This document shows, in pieces, positions 18,397 to 26,095 of a DNA stretch of 64,000 nucleotides. The notes under the pieces were generated by a model that did no database searches, was not told the origin of the DNA, and worked only from the letters and a program-made list of their open reading frames with translations. Source of the stretch: Candidatus Limnocylindrales bacterium (GTDB lineage: Bacteria; Chloroflexota; Limnocylindria; Limnocylindrales; CSP1-4); the NCBI GenBank assembly GCA_050014975.1, contig JBEKCH010000004.1:9505-73504 (forward strand). Reading direction: 5' to 3'. The stretch's first letter is position 1, and each line of letters starts with the position of its first letter. Both the position numbers and the translations under genes were made by a program.

Positions 18397-18828
18397 ATGG
18401 CGCCGTGGGAATACCTCTTCATCGGCTTCGACCCTGACAACTTCGCGCCGATCTTCACGATGACGTGGATGTTCGCGCTGGCGATGCTGGTGTTGACGAT
18501 CTTCTACTACAACTTCCAGGGTCGGCGGCTGCGCAACTACGCCGTCTTCCTCGATATGAACGAATGGCTGCTGTGGACCGCGGTTGGAACCTTCAGCCTG
18601 CTGTTGATGTACTCGATCTTCGGTTTCGACTTCCTCTTCGTCCTGCCCACCATGGTCGGCGGCGCGATCCTCTTCGTCTGGATCCGCTTCATCCACTTCC
18701 CGCCGCTCATCCAGGCCTACGAGGAGCGACTGGCGCGGCAGCGCTACTTCCAGCGCTCCAAGACGGCGCACCCCGAAGCCACGATCCGCAGCCGCCCGGC
18801 CACCAAGACCAAGCGCCGCCGGCGGTAG
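18397..18828 (+). CDS. Small integral membrane protein (3-4 TM helices) with a basic tail
   Basis: Hydrophobic helices (FTMTWMFALAMLVLTIFYY, LLWTAVGTFSLLLMYSIF, FVLPTMVGGAILFVWIRF) and C-terminal KTKRRRR. No family recognised. Confidence 0.5.
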   Translation: MAPWEYLFIGFDPDNFAPIFTMTWMFALAMLVLTIFYYNFQGRRLRNYAVFLDMNEWLLWTAVGTFSLLLMYSIFGFDFLFVLPTMVGGAILFVWIRFIHFPPLIQAYEERLARQRYFQRSKTAHPEATIRSRPATKTKRRRR

Positions 18829-18886
18829 CCCCGGTCACGGCGCCATGCGTCCCCCGGCGGTTTACCTCGGGCGGTCCGAAGCGGCG

Positions 18887-19384
18887 ATGGAGATCCGCCG
18901 CTTCGGCATAGGTCACCGGCGCCAAGAAGGGCCGGAGGGCACGCACGGAGTCGACGGACAGTCGATCCACTCCGACGAGCGCGGCTCGATCGCTGAGCTG
19001 GCGTTTCGCCCCAACGCGGCCATGGCACCGCACTCGAACCCGAACCTGTCGTACTTCGTGGTCGTCGAAGGCGGCGGCATCGTCCAGGTGGGCGACGAGC
19101 GTGCTCGCGTCGCCGCCGGGGAGGCAATCGTCTGGCCGCCAGACGTCGTCCACGCCGCGTGGACGGAGCAGACACCGATGCGGGCGCTGGTCGTCGAGTT
19201 CGCGGCCGAGCCCTTCGGCCGGCCCAGGTTGGAGGGCCGACCCATCGAGCGGGCAGCCGAGGTCGAGCGGGCGGCCGAGCCGCCGGCTCATGTTGCCGGC
19301 GAGCCTCCTGTTGGTGGCGGTCCCGTCTCGAAGCAGGGCCGGCCACCCGAAGATCGGGAATCGCCCGAGCGCGAGCCCTGGTAG
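18887..19384 (+). CDS. Cupin-domain protein
   Basis: ELAFRPNAAMAPHSNPNLSYFVVVEGGGIVQVGDE...AAGEAIVWPPDVVHAA fits the two-motif cupin pattern G(x)5HxH...G(x)5PxG(x)2H. ATG at 18887. Confidence 0.6.
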   Translation: MEIRRFGIGHRRQEGPEGTHGVDGQSIHSDERGSIAELAFRPNAAMAPHSNPNLSYFVVVEGGGIVQVGDERARVAAGEAIVWPPDVVHAAWTEQTPMRALVVEFAAEPFGRPRLEGRPIERAAEVERAAEPPAHVAGEPPVGGGPVSKQGRPPEDRESPEREPW

Positions 19385-19577
19385 CGCTCGACGCAACAGC
19401 TTCGGGTCCCCGGCCTGACCGTTGCGGCCCGCGCGCGGTACAGATGGTCGGTCCGGCGGCAGACCGAACGCGATCGGCACCGCTCAGCAGCTCGACGCCG
19501 GATGCGCCGGCGGAGCGCTCGGCTGTAACCCCGTATACCAGCGCCACGATATCCGGCGCGGCGGTCCGGAAACAGCG

Positions 19578-20819
19578 TCAACTCAGCGGGCGCGACAGGA
19601 GCAGCCGGTCCTCGCCGAGGGCCAGGTGGTGGCGGTCCACGGCGACGTCCGTGAAAAGGCTCGAGCGGAAGAAGGCGCGCGCGGCCATGGACGAGGGCTG
19701 GATCGCCGTGTCGGCGAGGGTCCAGGCGAGGAGGCGCCGGCAGCCGGACGATCCGGCCGCGGCGGCGATGGCATCGGTCAGGCGGCGGCCGATGCCGCGG
19801 CCACGCAGTCGCGGAGCCACGGCAAGCAGCGTCAGCTCCGCCGGCGCACGGCCGACTTCGTCGAAGGCCAGGCCCTCGAAACCGCGCGGCTCGTCGATTG
19901 CGCGCGGCCGATCCCAGGGCGCCCAGCTGGCAAGACCAACCAGCTCACCCGAGATCTCGGCCAAGAGGAGCTCGGACGCGGGAGGCAGCGAGCGGGCGAG
20001 CTCGGGGGCCATCGCGACCAGGAACCTTTCGATCGCCGATCGGTCCGCGGCAGTCGCGCGGCGGACCCGCGGCTCATCGGTCGAGGTCGCCGGCTCGGCC
20101 GCCAGCGGCTCTACCACCGGCCCGGGCACGCTCGGCTGCCGCACGCTCGCCTCGACCGCCGGCTCGGTCGCCGGCTCGACCACCGTTTCGGCCGCCAGGA
20201 GCGCCCCCAGCTGACCGAGCATTCGGGCCGTGGCGCCCCAGACCCGCTCTCCCTCGACCGGGTAGACGCCGTAGCGGATTAACCGCTGGCGAATGATCCG
20301 CTCGTCGAGCTCGACGGGGGCATCGGGCAGAAAGGCCTCGACCGGCGGCTCGATGATGCGGGCCACCTCGTCAGGGGCCGGGTGGCAGTCCGGGCGCCGT
20401 TCGGCCAGGGCCACCACGGGCGTCACGCGGAATCCCGATACGGGGATGAGGAAGCGCTCGAGCGCTCCGGTCACCCGCAGCCCACAGGCTGCCGGATCCA
20501 GGCCGATCTCTTCGGCCGCCTCCCGCAGCGCGGTGGCCACCGGGTCGGCGTCAGCCGGCTCGGCCGAACCACCGGGGAAGCTGATCTCGCCAGCGTGCGC
20601 ACTCAGCTCCGGGACGCGGGCCGTCAACAGGACGCGCGCCTCGCCCTCGCCGTCGGGAAAGAGCAGCACCAGCACCGCCGCCTGCCTGATCGGCGCCAGC
20701 GGCCGGGGCGGGAACAGGCCTTCGGGCGAGTCGATGCGGATCGGCGTCAGGATCGCCGGCGCGGCGGGCAGCTCCCGCGGCAGCGCCCGGAGCCTCTCCC
20801 GAACCAGCTCGAATCTCAT
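19578..20819 (-). CDS. Fusion protein: N-terminal NUDIX CoA-pyrophosphatase-like domain plus C-terminal GNAT acetyltransferase
   Basis: VLLTARVPELSAHAGEISFPGG plus REAAEEIGL (CoAse-type NUDIX signature) at the N-terminus. LLAVAPRLRGRGIGRRL acetyl-CoA-binding motif at the C-terminus. ATG at 20819. Confidence 0.7.
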   Translation of the reverse strand: MRFELVRERLRALPRELPAAPAILTPIRIDSPEGLFPPRPLAPIRQAAVLVLLFPDGEGEARVLLTARVPELSAHAGEISFPGGSAEPADADPVATALREAAEEIGLDPAACGLRVTGALERFLIPVSGFRVTPVVALAERRPDCHPAPDEVARIIEPPVEAFLPDAPVELDERIIRQRLIRYGVYPVEGERVWGATARMLGQLGALLAAETVVEPATEPAVEASVRQPSVPGPVVEPLAAEPATSTDEPRVRRATAADRSAIERFLVAMAPELARSLPPASELLLAEISGELVGLASWAPWDRPRAIDEPRGFEGLAFDEVGRAPAELTLLAVAPRLRGRGIGRRLTDAIAAAAGSSGCRRLLAWTLADTAIQPSSMAARAFFRSSLFTDVAVDRHHLALGEDRLLLSRPLS

Positions 20820-21450
20820 GCCTGCCGCGTGTCCTGTCTCTTCATTGCCGGGTGGCGTGTCGCCACCAGAAGGGCTCGAGCCCCGCGGTGAGTTCCGCCA
20901 TGATCCGCGTCCACGCTGCCGTCGCGTCACGGCGGATCGCCCGGTCGACCAGCTCTACCAATGGCTGCTCTCGCATCGAGCCCCATCGTGGAGGCTATGG
21001 TGCTGATGCTAGCCGCGGGCCTTGCGGAGCGCGAGCGGCCCGGCCAGCGGGCCTCATATCCTGCGGGGTTGTTCTGTGCATTAGATGTACGGAACCTGTC
21101 AACGGAGCCTGATGGGCCCGCGGGTGTGCATCGGACGCGAATGCGCGACGGGCCGGACCTGAACGCGCAGGCCGACTGGTCCTCTTCGTGCACCCTGCGC
21201 AACGTTCCGACAGATGAGGCCGGCGCGAGGACGCCAGAGGTCCGCCACGAGTCGAAGCTGTGCGCCACAGGCACGGGATCGACGTCTCTCCCGGCCTCAG
21301 GAGCACCGGGTGGTCGGATACGTGCATCTGGTGCAAGTCCGGGCGCTGACGCCGCCGTAAGTGCGCGATCTGTGCGCTCGGCGCACGGGACCGCCGTCGG
21401 CGGGCTCTTGTCGGCGGGTTCTTGCCGGCCGGCTCGCCCTGGGCCGCCTC

Positions 21451-24195
21451 CTAGTTGACCCGCTGCGGGCCCTCGTCCTCGGAGCGGTTCGGCGTCCAGA
21501 GGCGGTCCGCCGCGGTTGCGGCCGTGGCAGGTTCGCGAGCCGCTCTCTTGCGGGCGTCACGGCGCTCCCCCGCGTCGGCCACGACCGTGGCCTCGCCCGA
21601 GCGGAAGACCAGCACCCCGCCGATGGCATCGGCGTCGGCCACCACCGTGGAGCCCGGCTTGAACTCGCCGCGTAGCAGGGCCCGCGCCAGCGGGTTCTCC
21701 ACGAGCCGCTGGATCGTCCGCTTGAGCGGCCGCGCCCCGTAGGCCGGGTCGGTCCCTTCCCGAACGATCAGCGAGCGCGCCGCCGGCGTCAGCTCCAGCA
21801 CGATCTCCTGGCCCGCCAGCCGCCGGTGCAGGTCGGCGACCAGCAGGTCAACGATCGCTGCCAGGTCGGCGTCGTTGAGGGTGTGGAAGACGATCACCTC
21901 GTCGATCCGGTTCAGGAACTCCGGCCGGAACTGGACCCGCAGCGCTTCGGTGATCTGATTCTTCATCTGGTCGTAGGCCGTCGCGTCGCCGGCGTCGCCG
22001 CGCTCCGCAAAGGCTGAGATGAACTGCGACCCCAGGTTGCTGGTCATGATCAGGACCGTGTTGCGGAAATCGACCGTCCGACCCTGGCCGTCCGTCAGCC
22101 GTCCGTCGTCCAGCACCGCCAGCAGGACGTTGAAGACGTCCGGGTGAGCCTTCTCGATCTCGTCCAGCAGGACCACCTGATACGGCCGGCGGCGAACCGC
22201 CTCGGTCAGCTGGCCGCCCTCGTCGTAGCCGACATAGCCGGGGGGAGCGCCCACCATCCGCGAGACGGAGAACTTCTCCATGTACTCGCTCATGTCGATG
22301 CGGACCATCGCCGCCTCGTCGTCGAAAAGGAACTCCGCAAGGGCGCGCGCCAGCTCGGTCTTGCCGACGCCCGTGGGTCCCAGGAACAGGAACGAGCCGA
22401 TCGGCCGCCGCGGATCCTTCAGCCCGGCGCGAGCGCGACGGACCGCGTCGGAGACGGCCTGGATGGCTTCGTTCTGGCCGACCACCCGCTCGTGCAGCCG
22501 CTCTTCCATGTGGACGAGCTTGGCCGTCTCGCCCTCCATCAGCCTGGTCACCGGCACGCCCGTCCAGGCGGCCACTATTTCGGCGATCTCATCCGCCGTG
22601 ACCTCCTCCTTGAGCAGCCGGTTGGGCCCCGACAGCGCGCCGATCGCCGCCTCCCGCTCCTTCATCTGCTTTTGGAGCTCGGGCAGCTTGCCGTACTTGA
22701 GCTGGGCGGCGGTGCCGAAGTCCGCCTCGCGCTCGGCCTGGTCGATGCGCACCTGCAGCGCTTCGATCTCCGACTTGGTCGTCCGGATGGCCGAGATGGC
22801 GTCCTTCTCGACCTGCCAGCGCTGCTTCATGGCCGCGGCTTCCTCACCGACCTCGGCCAGCTCGCGCTCAAGGGCCTCGAGGCGGGCTTTCGAAGCTTCG
22901 TCCTTCTCCTTGCGCAGGGCTTCCCGCTCGATCTCGAGCTGGATGCGCCGGCGTTCGAGCTCGTCGAGCTCGATCGGCATCGAATCGATCTCCATCCGCA
23001 TCCGGCTGGCCGCCTCGTCGACCAGGTCGATCGCCTTGTCGGGCAGGAAGCGCTCGGAGATGTAGCGGTTGGAGAGCGTGGCGGCGGCAACCAGGGCCGA
23101 ATCGGTGATGCGCACCCCGTGGTGGACTTCGTACTTCTCGCGCAGGCCCCGCAGGATGGAGATCGTCTCCTCGACGCTCGGCTGGTCCACGACGATCGGC
23201 TGGAAGCGCCGCTCCAGGGCCGCGTCCTTCTCGATGTGCTTGCGGTACTCGTCGAGAGTCGTGGCGCCGATGGTGTGCAGCTCGCCCCGGGAGAGCATCG
23301 GCTTGAGCAGGTTGGAGGCGTCCATCGCCCCTTCCGCGGCCCCGGCACCTACGACCGTGTGCAGCTCGTCGATGAACAGGATGATCTGGCCCTCGGAATC
23401 CTTGATCTCCTTGAGGACGGCCTTGAGGCGTTCCTCGAACTCGCCGCGGAACTTGGCCCCGGCCACGAGCGCGCCCAGGTCCAGAGAGATGACCTTCTTG
23501 TCCTTGAGCGTCTCCGGCACGTCGCCGCGGACGATGCGCTGAGCCAGCCCCTCGACGATGGCCGTCTTGCCGACCCCGGGCTCGCCGATGAGGACAGGGT
23601 TGTTCTTGGTTCGGCGGCTCAGGACCTGGATGACGCGGCGGATCTCGTCGTCGCGGCCGATGACGGGGTCCAGCTTGCCGGCCCGAGCCTCAGCCGTGAG
23701 GTCGCGACCGTACTTCTCCAGCGACTGATAAGTAGCCTCGGGATTCGGGCTGGTGACGCGCTGGCCGCCGCGGACGCCGGCCAGGGCCTGCAGGATCGTC
23801 TCCTTGTTGGCCCCGTGGCGTTCCAGCAGCGCCTGGGCGTCGCCCCCGCCTTCGGCGATGGCAAGGAGCAGGTGCTCCGTGGAGACGTACTCGTCCTTGA
23901 GCCGGCGGGCTTCGTCCGAGGCCCGCTCGATGGCGCGCCGCACCCGCGGGTCGGCGGACAGGGAGGCGCCCTGGATCTTCGCCCGCTTGTTGAGGGCGGC
24001 GGCCAGCTCCCCGCGGAAGGCGGGTACGTCCACGCCAATGCGGCGCAGGGTCTCGGCCGGGATGCCGTCGTCGGCCTCGACGAGCGCGGCCAGGAGATGC
24101 TCCGAATCGAGCACGGGGCTCTGGAGCTCCTCGGCAAGGCGCTGGGCCGAGACGATCGATTCCTGGGCTTTCTGGGTGAAGCGGTCGAGGTTCAT
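21451..24195 (-). CDS. clpB: ATP-dependent chaperone/disaggregase ClpB
   Basis: Full-length pattern: Clp-N repeats, two AAA+ modules ([18 protein letters not shown]), long middle coiled coil, about 50-aa C-terminal extension. Confidence 0.95.
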   Translation of the reverse strand: MNLDRFTQKAQESIVSAQRLAEELQSPVLDSEHLLAALVEADDGIPAETLRRIGVDVPAFRGELAAALNKRAKIQGASLSADPRVRRAIERASDEARRLKDEYVSTEHLLLAIAEGGGDAQALLERHGANKETILQALAGVRGGQRVTSPNPEATYQSLEKYGRDLTAEARAGKLDPVIGRDDEIRRVIQVLSRRTKNNPVLIGEPGVGKTAIVEGLAQRIVRGDVPETLKDKKVISLDLGALVAGAKFRGEFEERLKAVLKEIKDSEGQIILFIDELHTVVGAGAAEGAMDASNLLKPMLSRGELHTIGATTLDEYRKHIEKDAALERRFQPIVVDQPSVEETISILRGLREKYEVHHGVRITDSALVAAATLSNRYISERFLPDKAIDLVDEAASRMRMEIDSMPIELDELERRRIQLEIEREALRKEKDEASKARLEALERELAEVGEEAAAMKQRWQVEKDAISAIRTTKSEIEALQVRIDQAEREADFGTAAQLKYGKLPELQKQMKEREAAIGALSGPNRLLKEEVTADEIAEIVAAWTGVPVTRLMEGETAKLVHMEERLHERVVGQNEAIQAVSDAVRRARAGLKDPRRPIGSFLFLGPTGVGKTELARALAEFLFDDEAAMVRIDMSEYMEKFSVSRMVGAPPGYVGYDEGGQLTEAVRRRPYQVVLLDEIEKAHPDVFNVLLAVLDDGRLTDGQGRTVDFRNTVLIMTSNLGSQFISAFAERGDAGDATAYDQMKNQITEALRVQFRPEFLNRIDEVIVFHTLNDADLAAIVDLLVADLHRRLAGQEIVLELTPAARSLIVREGTDPAYGARPLKRTIQRLVENPLARALLRGEFKPGSTVVADADAIGGVLVFRSGEATVVADAGERRDARKRAAREPATAATAADRLWTPNRSEDEGPQRVN

Positions 24196-24244
24196 GGCGT
24201 CTTCTCTCAGTGGGCCCGACGGCGCTGGGCCTCTGGATTGGCGA

Positions 24245-25424
24245 TTAGAGCTTACGAGGGTTGGGTTGGACGATCTGACGGAGGAATTCCTCGGCTGACT
24301 GACGCTGCCGGCCCTCCAGCTTGCCGGGCAGCACGACCTTGACTCGCACGTACAGGTCGCCGCAACCGTCGCCCTTGAGGCGAGGCATCCCCTTGCCGGC
24401 CAGCCGGAAGGTCTGACCCTGCTGAGTGCCCGCCGGGATCGTCAGCACCACGCGGCCGCCCAGGGTCTCGACCTCCACCTCGCCGCCGAGCAGCGCCTCG
24501 CCGAGGGCGATCGGCAGCTCGCGCGTCAGATCGGCGCCGTTGCGCGTGAAGATCTGGTGGGGCCGGATCTTCGCAACCAGGTACAGGTCGCCGGCGTCAT
24601 CGCCCGACCCGGCCTTGCCGCGAAGACGGATCTTGCTGCCCGTTTCCACGCCACGCGGGACCTTGACCTCGAGCCGCCGATCGCCGACCTGTATCAGCCG
24701 CGTCGACCCGTTGAAGGCTTCCTCCAGGCCCAGCTCGATCTCGACCTCGACGTCGCCGTGGCGCGCGCCGCGGCCGGCCGCTCGACCGGCGCCGTTGCCG
24801 CCGCGACCCACAACCGACTCCGTGGCGGCTCCGGCGCCGTCGCCGTGGAGGCGCGAGAACAGATCCTCGAGCGGATTTCCCCCGGCGCGTCGCGCCGCCG
24901 GCCCGGCCGCGGACGGTCCGCCCAGCCGTGGAGTCGGCCCCCGCGGCCGTTCCCGCGGCCCCGCTGGCGGCACGCGCGCCACCAGTCGCCGACGCGGCCG
25001 CCGCATCCGCGCCGCCGAAGAACATCCGGAAGAAGTCGGAGAAGTCCTCCGAGCCCGTGGAGTGGAATTCGTAGCGGACGTTGCCGCCCTGTTGCCCGTA
25101 GCCGGCGAACGGGCCGCCCGGCCCGAAGGGATCCCCGCTCCCGAACGGGCTGCCGGCGCCGCCCGCCGACCCGGCGCCCGCGCCTCCGGCCCTGTTGAAC
25201 TGATCCCAGTTCGAGCCGAGCAGGTCGTACTGCTGGCGCTTCTTAGGGTCGGCCAGGACCTCGTGGGCCTCGTTCACGTCCTTGAACCGGCGCTCCGCGG
25301 TCTTGTCGCCGGGATTGCGGTCGGGATGAAGCTCGCGGGCCAGCCGCCGGTACGCCTTCTTGATCTCCGCGGGCGTGGCCGTCCTGGGCACTCCCAGGGT
25401 CTTGTAGTAGTCCTTGTATTCCAT
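24245..25424 (-). pseudogene. DnaJ/CbpA-type J-protein split over two reading frames (frameshift or indel error)
   Basis: The frame starting at 25424 encodes the J domain (DYYKTLGV...HPDRNPGD...) and a G/F region, then reads into an Arg-rich nonsense tail. A second frame (track ORF 24245-25006) encodes the CbpA/DnaJ C-terminal substrate-binding domains ([23 protein letters not shown] ... [10 protein letters not shown]). The frame switch must lie between about 24880 and 25020. Confidence 0.8.
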
Positions 25425-25527
25425 TGGTCACCGCCGTCATTGCCCACGGCCGGCCGAAATCGGGTGCCGGAGCGACCTGTCGCTATTGGATTGTCGGTCC
25501 GCAGGCCGGCGGTGTCTAAGCCGGCCG

Positions 25528-25659
25528 TCAGACCGCCCACTGCTCACTGTCGGCCGCCTGCTCGGTGGCGGCGTGCATCGGATCCGAGTTCAACCGTTCG
25601 GCGAACGCGAGCGGCTCCTTGGGATCGACCGACTTCAGATCGTCTCCGTTCTTGTCCAT
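25528..25659 (-). CDS. Small ORF (43 aa), paralog of the 80-aa ORF upstream, function unknown
   Basis: Found by hand because it is below the track cutoff: MDKNGDDLKSVDPKEPLAFAERLNSDPMHAATEQAADSEQWAV. ATG at 25659 preceded by ggggaggagag. TGA at 25528-25530. It shares a 31-nt identical core and both termini with ORF 25742-25984. Confidence 0.5.
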   Translation of the reverse strand: MDKNGDDLKSVDPKEPLAFAERLNSDPMHAATEQAADSEQWAV

Positions 25660-25741
25660 CTCTCCTCCCCTGCCGAATGCGTTGACCATCTACTGCGGGC
25701 CGCCGGGCCCCTTCGACTCGGAGGAGCGGTCTGGTCCGACC

Positions 25742-25984
25742 TCAGACGGGCCAGTTCTCCTCGTCCGAGGCTTCGTCACTCGCGACGTGGATCGGATCCA
25801 ATCGCCGCTTGCCGCAGAGTTCGCAATCGTCGGGGACGCCGGCTTTTGCGAACGGAATCTCCGGTCCGCCGCCCACGCCGGGTCCGAAGCTCTTGGGAAT
25901 GTTGTAGGGCAGGTTCATCCTCTCGACGAACCCATGCGGCTCCTTGGGATCGACCGACTTCAGATCGGCGCGGTCCTTGTCCAT
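25742..25984 (-). CDS. Small ORF (80 aa), paralog of the 43-aa ORF downstream, function unknown
   Basis: MDKDRADLKSVDPKEPHGFVERMN...CELCGKRRLDPIHVASDEASDEENWPV. ATG at 25984 preceded by gaaggggagatcag. It lies between lon and dnaJ on the same strand. Confidence 0.55.
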   Translation of the reverse strand: MDKDRADLKSVDPKEPHGFVERMNLPYNIPKSFGPGVGGGPEIPFAKAGVPDDCELCGKRRLDPIHVASDEASDEENWPV

Positions 25985-26095
25985 CTGATCTCCCCTTCCT
26001 CAGCGTTGATGAGCGGCGACCGACCTAGACCATAACCCCGCCAGCACGGTGGCCGGCGTCTCCGCCGGCCACCCGATGACTGTCTGTTCCGACTC

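Noticed and set aside
21300-21400. Cobalamin-riboswitch-like string on the plus strand: cuGGUGCAAGUCCGGgcGCUGACGCCGCCGUAAG resembles the GGUG..AAUCC..GCUGACGCGCAGCGGUAAGG core of E. coli btuB. A weak B12-box-like GGGACCGCC follows.
   Set aside because: The upstream GGGAA element is missing. Spacing differs from the consensus by several nucleotides. The B12 box is poor. On the plus strand there is nothing to regulate, because the sequence runs straight into the antisense of clpB. It is probably a chance resemblance in GC-rich DNA. A cmscan with RF00174 would settle it.
22144-24342. Very long ORFs antisense to, or overlapping, confidently identified genes. Examples: 22144-24342(+) opposite clpB; 26369-28672(+) opposite lon; 16296-18209(+) opposite purH; 12003-13415(-) opposite murT; 2081-3589(-); 58165-59865(+); 7380-8579(-); 32331-33836(-).
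   Set aside because: Their translations are Arg/Gly/Pro/Asp-rich with no domain signatures. They mirror genes with strong family matches on the other strand. Such shadow ORFs are expected in high-GC DNA.
24597-25424. Track ORF read as an intact 275-aa J-domain protein with an Arg-rich C-terminus.
   Set aside because: The Arg-rich tail coincides exactly with the region where another frame encodes bona fide CbpA/DnaJ C-terminal domains. The tail is therefore out-of-frame read-through after a frameshift, not a real domain.
25414-26035. Plus-strand ORFs 25414-26028 (204 aa) and 25565-26035 (156 aa) as the real genes of the lon-dnaJ spacer.
   Set aside because: They run against the surrounding operon and have no SD or family signature. 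Their internal repeat (APWDRPTSDR) is simply the antisense of the duplicated minus-strand micro-ORF core. The minus-strand ORFs have ATG starts, SD sequences and aligned stops.
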